Shown here: piece by piece, positions 28,396-38,798 of the stretch
Layout: every line of letters begins with the position of its first letter
Position numbering within the stretch: position 1 is the stretch's first letter
Source of the DNA: Antedon mediterranea
Taxonomy: Eukaryota > Animalia > Echinodermata
Length of the DNA stretch: 64,000 bases
Direction of reading: 5' to 3'
Assembly: GCF_964355755.1 (NCBI RefSeq)
Contig: NC_092671.1
Location: forward strand, 38,946,304 to 39,010,303
Translations under genes and position numbers: made by a program
Notes under the pieces: model-generated
Database searches by the model: none
The model's input: only the letters and a program-made list of their open reading frames with translations
What the model was told of the DNA's origin: nothing

Positions 28396-28980
28396 CATTA
28401 CCATTGTAATTGTATTATGCCTATTGCTGCATGTGGAGCTAAGGGCTAAATATTTACCACCAAACTTAATTCTAAAATACCCTATACTTTACTCATGTTA
28501 CCGGTAGGCCTAGTATATTTTTAACCTTGACTGATTTATTTAATAAACTATCCTTAATACTCTTAATTCTTATTTCTATCAATTATACTATTGTTAATAA
28601 CTGTGTAGATTTCGTATTTATTTGGCACTACATTTTCTGTAAATAATTATATTAGTAATAATTACTGTCTAGATCTCGGCGGAATTCTTTACGATTGAAC
28701 AAGAGGATCGAATCGAAAATCGAAGAATGTACTCAGAATATATATGTCTGGAACATTTTGTCATTATTGTATGAAATCTAATTTACTAACAATTTAATTA
28801 AATTTCAGTTGAACCATTTATTGGTTCCTTACTGTGAGTTTGTACGGTTATTTTGATAGGTCTCTCAGATGCAGCTTGTATAAATTATAATGACGTAGGT
28901 GAAACACTTAATATACACCGTATTAAAGGAAATGGTGTGATTGTTAAAATACGACCACACACATCCTCAGTTTTCAAATA

Positions 28981-29503
28981 GTGGACAACCACATTTATTT
29001 AAGACAATGCCTAAATAGAAAGTTTGGAAAATGTTCTACTACGACTAAATGTTATCTATTTAAGAGTTACTGTGTCAGCATGTACTGTTCAACATTATGG
29101 GGTAGGTATAATAAGAGCACTCTGAGATCACTGATAGTATTTTATAACAATGCATTACGTTTGTTGCTGAAGCAGCCTAGAAAGTGTAGTGCAAGCATGA
29201 TGTTTGTCTTAAATGACGTCCCATCCTTTGATGAATTCATTAGAAAATCTGTTTTTAGTTTTAATAATCGTGTGAACGCGCGCAAGTGGTAATTCCTTGA
29301 TCATGGCCATCAATCGCCACTTTCTTAATGTGTCAAGAATGCACATACAATGGATTGCCTTGTTGCATTGACTTTATATATTTATATATTTTTGTTTTTT
29401 GCTATGAGCTCTTAGATTAAGATTTGTTTTTCTTTCTTTTGCTATGGATATGTTATGTCACCGTGATATTCCGAAATAAAAAAAGATGAATGAATGAATG
29501 AAT
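28981..29503 (+). mobile_element. 5'-truncated non-LTR retrotransposon (L2-group-like) between ZU5-DD copies 2 and 3
   Basis: LFKSYCVSMYCSTLW..YNNALRLLLKQPRKCSASMMFVLNDVPSF is an ORF2 C-terminal signature. It ends in AATAAA followed by (TGAA)n. Confidence 0.75.
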
Positions 29504-30319
29504 GCCAAGCGATGTCCAAGTAAAATTAAAATATTGATTTTCTGTTTATTTGATTTACTCTATTCTTTCGGCAAGGATTACTTGATATACAGGTCTTTTT
29601 TTTTTTTAAATATAATATTTGTATCCCGTTACTATTAACCACTTGAAGTATTCACCTTATAATACTCAATAAGATAATGGTTTTTCTCATGGTGCAGCTT
29701 CAAATGTCTCAAGATTTAGGAATATAACTAAACATGCAAGTAATGTATTTTGATTCATTTTTATTGAATCAACCATTAGGCCTATATACCTTATTAGCCT
29801 ATAGTTACAAACATGAGTGTACAACGAAAAAAAAGTACAGTGAATTTAAATGTAGAAAAGGTTCAATTTCAATTCAATTCATCGACATTTTTATTCCATA
29901 ATCAAAATAAAAACTCATGTATTTTAATCAATCATTGGACCTAAACCATTCTTATTATTCTTGATGGCCTACGTGAGCACTGGGGAAAGGAACGAACAAT
30001 AGGAATGAAGAAAGTTGGTAGTATAAAGTCCAATCACATGATGGGCGGTATACAGTACCATTGTTATGATAATATTCGGTACGTAGTTTGAATAAATATT
30101 TGGGTTATTGTTGGGTATTGGGTTTACACATAATGCTATTTATACTAAATATGTATTTTCCCAAGGCAAAATATGAACTAATAATAAGTGGTATAAATGC
30201 TGTTTGTGTCAAAACATGCAGAGATACAACACATCAAACTGTATGTTTCCGATTCAACATCGCAGGTTTCTAATGATTTGAATTTCAAATTACCGTAGCA
30301 GCATAGTTATCAACACAAT

Positions 30320-32872
30320 ATGGAAACACATGGGGTATCAAAAGAACGAAGGTTTATAAGAAACTCGAATAGATATGTTAAGTGCAACAATGCAGAATAT
30401 CAAGAAAATATCATTTCCAATAGATGTGAGAAAATGTACAAAAAGTGGAGACCCAAAATGAGAAATCGGCTGCTTGACCAATCGTTTTCGGAGATTAGTA
30501 GAGATGGAAAGTTTACAATTGGATTTATTGGCAAAGAAGGTGGTCACCTGAAGCTAAGAAATGGAGACATTCAGCTTTATATTCCGCCAGGAGCAATGCC
30601 AGACGTCGCCGAAGGTTATGTATTTATATATGCAGACTCAGTCCATCATAACTTGGTTAAATATGATGTTATTATTTGTGGTCCTCCTGGTCTAAAATTT
30701 AATAACTCAGTTTTACTAAGATTTCCAAACCCAAAATCACAGGATGATGCGTTGCCTGAAAGACGCTCAGTGAAACTCAGTGTCCAGGAACTTGGCAAAC
30801 CTTTGGAGTGGAGGTCTCTTGATACCACAACCGATGGTTCCTTCTTTTTGGAAGATGGTAACATATTGTTGCATTTGAACCATTTCACTGGAATCAAAGT
30901 TGACGTAGGAGTACAAGCTGAGCAAATTCCAACAACGGCCCCAGATCAAGGAAACCTTATCTTTCTTTCTGCTTTTTTGGAACATGAAGAAGAACGCTAC
31001 TTTTCATTTAGAGTACACTGTAGTACCTACTATGCTTTGGAGGTAAATATAGCGTACAGCAAGACAATCCTATCAGTTTACTAGGCATATAATAAGCAAA
31101 CAGTGTAATGTAAAAAGTTTTAAAAAATGCAAGTTTAAATTGTGCCTTTGTTATTTTCAGGATGTGAACAAAGATGAATTAGGTTCAAAACAAATTGGGA
31201 AGCCAGTTAAAATGGGTTCTTTTCGAAAACAAGACGAAATTACAATTACAATCATGAATTGTTTAGACTGTAAAGTGGAACCACCTGACTATGTAATTAT
31301 TATTACTGTTGGACTTTTTGACATATTTTTTTTTAGCAGGATAAACTCTTAATGCTAAAGTGAAATCTAGGCCAATAAATTCTCCCTTTAATTTATTATG
31401 TAGGTCTACTTTCAACATCAGTTGAAACAATTGCTGTATGCATTCAGAGCGTTGGGTTTTATCAATTATAGATTCATTTTCAATTCATCGTGAAATTGGG
31501 AATACTAGCAACCCTACCGCTTTAATACTTCAAACCCTACCGTATCCTATGAACATTTAATCTCGTGTGTCTGTATTTCATTTTATCCATGAGCATACAA
31601 ACTTCTATAATTCTAACAGAGTTAAAAACAATTGTTTTTGATCAATGGATTAAACTTATTATTTTATAGCGAGGATTTTCAATATAGTTTAACATTTTCT
31701 TCTCTATCTGTGTGTATGGTTGAGGTCTGTTTTGTTTCATGGGACTCAGAAATAAATAAGAAAACCCATGTCTTTAAATACCGTATGTCTTTACACTTTA
31801 AGAGCATCTGTGTCAGTGACGTCGTGTCTTTTAATGATCATATCCACCGTCAATTTGTGCTGGAATGTTCAAGTAAAAGTAACTTAGCTTTTCTGAAGTT
31901 TCAAGTTAATGTTGGTGACAAGGCTGTTCATATGGCACGAGTCAAAGTTGAATCTAATAAAGCACAGACTGCTGTAAATAACAGACTGTACTTAAAGGTC
32001 AGTTTGAAATATCAACCTGTTTAGTTTGCTTTTAAACTTATTTTAGGTCCATAATTATGCCATTTTAATAATAATTAATACATAATACAACATGTAGGCC
32101 TACTGGTAATGCGCGCTACATAAATATAATAGTCCTTTTTAAAGAAAAAATCTACATAATGTCAAGCGTAAAGTGTTTCACCATGGAAGTATAAACCTCC
32201 ATTGGTTTCATAAAGTTTTAAAAACTACACGATCTTAGATAACAACGATCAATGTTTATTGTAGTCTTATCATCCTGATTTCATCTATATCATACACAAT
32301 CACAAACTGAATGTAAATTAAATATAAGAATCAAATTTTATTCAATTTGTGCTTAATATACTTAGGATAAAATAGACGAATGTCACGAAGAGTATCAAGA
32401 AGCTGAATTCACACGTTCACCTCTGAGTCGACCAATTCTAACAACAAAAATGCGTCGGGAACTTTCGATGCAACTTGACATGCCGAGAATAGTACAGTGG
32501 AAAGGAGAATCTAATGCCAGATGTTGTGACTATCGAGGCCTTGCAGAGTTGATGGGAATGTCAACAAAATTCATAGACTGGATTGGAGCTCCAAAGAATT
32601 GTCAAAAAAGTAGTAGTCCAACAATTCTGCTGCTAAACAATTGGGAAATCAAGTGTAGGAAGAAGCAAATGGTGAAATCTGATGCTTTGGAAGAATTAAA
32701 AAAATATCTTATTCAACTTGGACACAGTGCCTGCATTGAGATAACAAGTCATATTGTGGAAAAGAAAACGTACATGCCATCAGTGAAGATGCGTGAGAAG
32801 ATTAGTCCTGAGAAGAGAGACAAACGTCGTTGGACATATTCAGCACCATCTTCAGTGAAGCTTTTGCTGTAG
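30320..32872 (+). CDS. ZU5-UPA-death domain protein, copy 3, about 518 aa, N-terminally shortened
   Basis: Exons 30320-31042, 31161-31292, 31803-31997 and 32366-32872. The ancestral start position reads CTG (30239), with an in-frame TAG at 30296. The next in-frame ATG is at 30320. Confidence 0.78.
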
Positions 32873-34233
32873 GCCTACTACTACTGGAAAGTTGAGTTGT
32901 GGTAAGGCTTAATGTAAAACAAAAACATTACTAGACTATATGCAAATTTTGCTCCAGAAATAATATCTTGTCCATGGGAGCTAAAACCGATGATAGCAAA
33001 CATTAATGATTTTACCGTACACAGGCGAAAGTTTTTCCAGTTGTGACTACAATCGAACATGGATATTATTCTTGTAATTGTATTTTACCTCTTTATTTTT
33101 TATGTATATATATTTGTTTATAAATCCAAATGCGAATTACAGAAAAAATGCTGTGGGTATCAGTGGTTGGAGTCTCAATTAAGATAAAACAATTATAAGC
33201 AACTACTAATTGATTGAAATGATTGGACTACTTTCACAAGGCCGATCAGGCCTCGTTAAACAAAATATAAATATATGCCTAGTAGCTTTTATTAAGCTCT
33301 TTCTAATGTAAATTATCAAACTTTATGTGACAAAAAACGTGATTTGGCCATATATGGACATGATGATGTCACATCACTCACTCATATTTAGTCACATCAC
33401 ACTTTTTTGTCAAACTAGTTTGATAGTGCATGGTGTAGAGCTTTAAGTTAGGTATTTGTCTCTAATAGTATTATCATGGTGTTTCTGTGATCATTACAAT
33501 TAGTTATCTTGTCGGAAAATATAAATAAATGTATTTTACCTAAAATATATACATGACTTGGTGTTCAGTCAGATTACAGCCTGAAGATCATAGTCAATAT
33601 TGACTATGCTGGCTAATCAGCTAATCATGGCTTTTTTAGTATACATTATGACTAATTTTTGACCGGACCATATTTTTGCGGCCAAAACAGTCCTACTGCC
33701 CGGACCGATTTTATCCATTTTGTTGACATTGTCATTGTGTACCATTGGACTATACAATTATTTATAGCTCCATAAATGTACTTTCCAAACAGTCAAAAGT
33801 CACTAAAAATAGTCCTCTATAATATTTTTCACTAAATAAGGTAATATCAAGTTATTTTGGTGGTTCTATTATGTGAATGGTCTTCATGAATTCAAAAGAA
33901 GTATTGTTGTTTTTGGAAAGAGAATCATACAACCGTGGAAAACGTCATAAGCTACTGTAGCATCAGAAAAGCTAAGTCATACGCTGTGTTTTCCCAGTGA
34001 AGTTAAACATAAGCTGCAACAGTACAGTTTCGTTCCTCCAACTGATGCCAGTCGCATCCAAGAGGCAGTCTTCTCTAGCATCCAAATATATGCTGGGTCC
34101 GACTGTTAAAGGGCTTCCTTGACTGGGTTAGCTTCTTTGCTTGACTAGGATCGCACTGAAGGAGATTGCTTAGATTGCAATATATAGTTCACTTCAAAGA
34201 TTCAGACAACTCGAATCGTAAGCACTATTTAAG

Positions 34234-36548
34234 ATGTCTGTTTCGGCAAGTTCACAGGTTTCCAGCAATACCACCTCGAACTCGAACGGAGAAGTAGGCC
34301 CAGCTGCACAGCAGGAGACATGTGACGAAGAACGACTATTTAGCAGATATTGTGATGAATAACAATTTAATTGTGAAGGTGTAGAGTATCAAGAAAATAT
34401 GATATCTAAACGTTGTGAGGAAATCTACATGAAATGGAAACGGGGCAGCCGGCCATGTGTGTCTTTAAGCGAACAATCATTTTCAGATTTAAGGGGAGAT
34501 GGAAAGTTTACAATTGGACTTATTGGTAAAGAAGGTGGTCATCTAGAACTGAGAAATGGAGACATTCAACTTTATATTCCTCCAGGAGCAATGCCAGACG
34601 TCGCCGAAGGTTATGTATTTATGTATGCAGACTCAGTCCATCATAACTTGGTTAAATATGATGTTATCATTTGCGGCCCTCCTGGTCTGCAATCTAATAA
34701 CTCAGTTTTGTTAAGATTCCCAAATCCAAAATCACAAGATGATGAAAGCAGCTCAGTAAAACTCAGTGTTCAGAAACTTGGCAAACCGTTGGAATGGAGG
34801 TCTCTAGACACCCCAAACGATGGTTTCTTCTTTAAAGACGATGGTAACATAATGTTGCATTTGAATCATTTCACCGGAATCAAAGTAGGAATACAAGCTA
34901 ACGCTCTACAGGCTAAGGCTATTCAGGCAGAGACCGCCGATAAAAGAAAAACTATCTTTGTTTCTACTTTTTTGGAACAGCAAACCCAACGTTACTTTTC
35001 GCTGAGGGTATACTGCAGTACACATTCTGCTTTAAAGGTAAATAAACCATATAATATAGAAAGATAATATAATATAAATCGATTTATATTATAGATTGGT
35101 AGAATTCTGAAGTATAACGGGAAGAAGGATGCTGGATCCGTACTAACAACAGGCCCTTTCTATTTCTCCATTATATTTTAGGATTTGAGCAAAATTGAAA
35201 TCAGATCTAAACAAATTGAGAATCCCGTTAAAATTGGTTCATTTCGAACACAAGAAGACGAGGTTACTTTAAGAATCAAAGATTGTGAAGGTTGTCAAGC
35301 GGACCCATCTGATTATGTAATAATATACATTTAGGCCTATTGTTATTGTTTTTGATTGTAAATTCCTATTGTGTACAATGTATTAACTGTCACACTTTAA
35401 ATGTAGAATTCTAATTCAAGTAAGATATAGGCCCACCTCTTCACGATAACAAGTCGTGTTTTGTGAGAAAAGCAATGAATACATAATGTTTTAAAAATAT
35501 TGTATTTTAAAAGTTTCTGTGTCGGTGACGTCGTGGCAGATGTTGAACATATTCACCGCCAATTTGTTTTGGAACTTTCAAATAACGTCGAGGCATTTCT
35601 GAAGTGTCAAATTAATGTTAGTGACAAGAATGTTCATATGGCAGGGGTGAAAGTTACAAAGAAGTTGCAATTATTCTCAGAGGTCAGTATAATACTAATA
35701 GTATGACTGATTTCTACTACCCAATCTAGTATCTCCGTATATCCGTAATCCATAAATTCCTAGTAATTATAACAGGGTCACCTATACAATTAATATTAAA
35801 CAGGATTATTACCAGCCGCTTTAAGAATGTTCGATTTGCGGTTCATCGACTATTTATTATAATAATAATAATAATAAGATTTTTATAGCGCACATACCAC
35901 TCCAGAGTGCTCAAGGCGCATTAAAAAAATAATATGTTTTTGAAAAATGTATAATACACTATACAACATGTTAAACAATAACATTGTATTGCAAATTAAA
36001 TAAGAATTTTAAATGAATTTAACAATTTTGTATATTTATAGAATGAAGATGAATTGTATGATGAGTCTCAAGAACTCAAAGAATTCACACGTTCACCCCT
36101 GAGCCGACCAATTCTAACTATAGAAATGCGTCGGGAACTTTCAATTCTACTTGACGTGCTGACAGTAGTACAGTGGAAAGGAGAATCTAAACCCAGATGT
36201 TGTGACTATCGAGGCCTTGCAGAGTTGATGGGAATGTCAGCAAAATTCATTGAATGGATTGGAGCTCCAAAAAATTGTCAAAAAAGTAGTAGTCCGACAA
36301 TTCTGCTGCTAGACGATTGGGAAATTAAGTGTAGAAAGGAGCAATCTGATGCTTTGAAAGAACTGAAACAATATCTTATTAAACTTGGACACAATGCCTG
36401 TATTAAGATGATAACAAGTCATATTGCAAAAAAGAACACAAACATTTCATCAGTGAAGAGACGTGATAAGAAGATGAGTCTTGATAATAAGAAAGGCCAA
36501 CGGCGTTGGACATATGCAGCACCCCCTTCAGTGAAACATTTGCTGTAG
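34234..36548 (+). pseudogene. ZU5-UPA-death domain gene copy 4, probably decaying
   Basis: Exon-homologous segments 34234-35037, 35182-35316, 35512-35682 and 36042-36548. In-frame TAA at 34360-34362 where copy 2 has AAA. The exon-3 acceptor is AA instead of AG (35510-35511), and the conserved GLQF reads GLQS. An ORF from ATG 34399 remains possible. Confidence 0.65.
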
Positions 36549-36986
36549 CCCTATACTGGAATGTTGATTGGGTAAAATGTCAACAGACTTGATTAGGCCA
36601 TGGATAAAATCCATAATTAGGCAGATAAAAAAACATGTACTAGGCCTATCAGTTTTTGCACAAACCGAGTATGACGTATACATTGCATTATTGCATTTAG
36701 GATAATGGTAGCAAATGATTGTCAGACAGGCCTAAAGCTCTGTCTACACTATCAAACTAGTTTAAAGAACAAAAAAAACCTGATTGCCTAAATATGGTAG
36801 TCATGTGCTCAAAATATGGTAGTGATATGACATCGTCATGTCCATATATGAGCACGTCACATTTTTTTGTCACATAAAGTTAGGATATCGCACGCGCGTA
36901 AAGGAGTTTGAGTCCGATGACTAAAATCGAATACAGAGTAGTGAATATCCGTGAATAAGTGCATTTTGTAGGATTTTCCTAGATAC

Positions 36987-37192
36987 TAAATAAATCATTT
37001 TATTTGACAAATCCAGTAAAGAATTTACTCGCATTCTTTAGCTTTTAGCATTCACCTAGAAACAATTACAACAGATTTCCAGGAAGTCGCAGTGGACCGG
37101 ATCAATTGTGATCAAGCCATCAGCCAAGATGGCGAAAGCTAAGAATGTGAGTAAATTCTTTACTGGATTTGTCAAACAAAATGTTTTATTTA
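36987..37192. repeat. Inverted repeat of about 60 bp enclosing a promoter-like spacer
   Basis: 36987-37045 is the near-perfect reverse complement of 37135-37192. Confidence 0.9.
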
Positions 37193-37863
37193 CAGTAGTG
37201 AATAATTGCTATATCAAATATGCAAGCAAATTATTATTAATTTTTCATTCATTAAATCTAATCTGACATATATGAAATATTGATTGAACTAGTATTTTGA
37301 CCAGGCCTGTTATCAGGACTATAATTTTAGTTATAGAAACAAGTTTATCCATGGAGGTATACACATAGGTTTAATTAATTTAACTCCATGGTTTATCCAT
37401 CAAGTGAAGGGACTTTTTTTTTTTTGGAAATGAATCGTATCATAAATAAAATAACAGTAGGCCTATGTTCATTATTAAATTGAAGTACCTATTTAAATAG
37501 ATTACTGTAGGCTATAGTTACCTTTATTAATTGGCGTTGAGTTTCATATTGAACAAATACGTACAAAGACAAAAGTAGCTTATTTTTTTTCTTTTATTAC
37601 TAAAATATATTCATTTCATAATGACATTTCATAATCTTGATATCTTAGCATATTCATTACATGTTCATGCGTATTCATTTTTCTCTTAACGTATTCTTTC
37701 TCAACACATTCATTTTCTTAACATATAGGTCATAATTAATTTGCAAATTCATTTCTTAACCTAATCATATTTATGTAAAATATAAAAGTATACGCTTATA
37801 CTATATTGTGTGTATTGTATGTTATAGTTTTGTGAGTAGGCCTATAATTGTTTACTTTTCTAA

Positions 37864-38031
37864 AGCTCCGCCTACACTATCAAACTTTATGTGACAAAAA
37901 AAAATGTGATGTGGCCATTTTATGGACACGATGATGTCATAATCACTACCATATTTGGGCATATAATCACTACCATATTTGGGCATATCACACATTTTTT
38001 GTCAAACTAGTTTGATAGTGTAGACAGAGCT
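37864..38031. mobile_element. MITE family A copy (upstream of EPG5)
   Basis: Both TIRs present, with TAA flanks. Confidence 0.85.
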
Positions 38032-38798
38032 TAACTGTGTCTCTAAATCAATATTAATAAATGTGTGTGATCAAAATTTATGTTGTTGTTATTTTACGTA
38101 ATTTATATTGGTAATATTCACGTGATTATTATTGCATTCATCATCGGCCGGAACTTAATATACACCCATGATTTTAAATGTTGCACACGTGAATTTATTT
38201 AAATTGCAATAAAACTACTGAACCGTTAACATGCTATTATCTGACAACAAAAGAGAAGTTCTGCAATGTAGTCACTGTAGAAAAAATAGTATACTGACGT
38301 AGTATGGGTAGGCCCTGATGGGCATATGAAATTTGTTTTGTATTGTGAAATCAGGAAGTTGTTCTTTATTTACTAAATAAATTGTTGATTATTTTATTGC
38401 AATTATTGTAATTTATTAATTGAGGTACATATTTATCTATTATATTAATTTACCTGCCTTAAATCATGTGGTTTGTCCATGGAGGTAAAATTATAGGCCT
38501 ACCTCCATGGTTTGTCTATTCGTACTATCAAATTTACTAATGTTACCGGTATTTAACTTGTTGATTTATTTAATAAACTAAATGTTTTTTGAAAACTTAG
38601 TGTAATTTGAAAAATAAAAATAATCTTCAATATAAATCATACAAATATAACTTTTGTAAATTAGTTCCGACATTTTCGTTTTTTATTTAACGAAACAATA
38701 AGCATACAAATTAAAGTTAAAAATTGAGATGTTTTACGCCCTCAACAAGAGAGTGTAGAATAGATTGCAAAAACAAACAAGTTTTCATCGCAATTATC

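Noticed and set aside
37129-37146. MAKAKN as the start of ribosomal protein L29 (MAKSKNHT)
   Set aside because: Only six codons, and no further RPL29-like exon is seen in the window.
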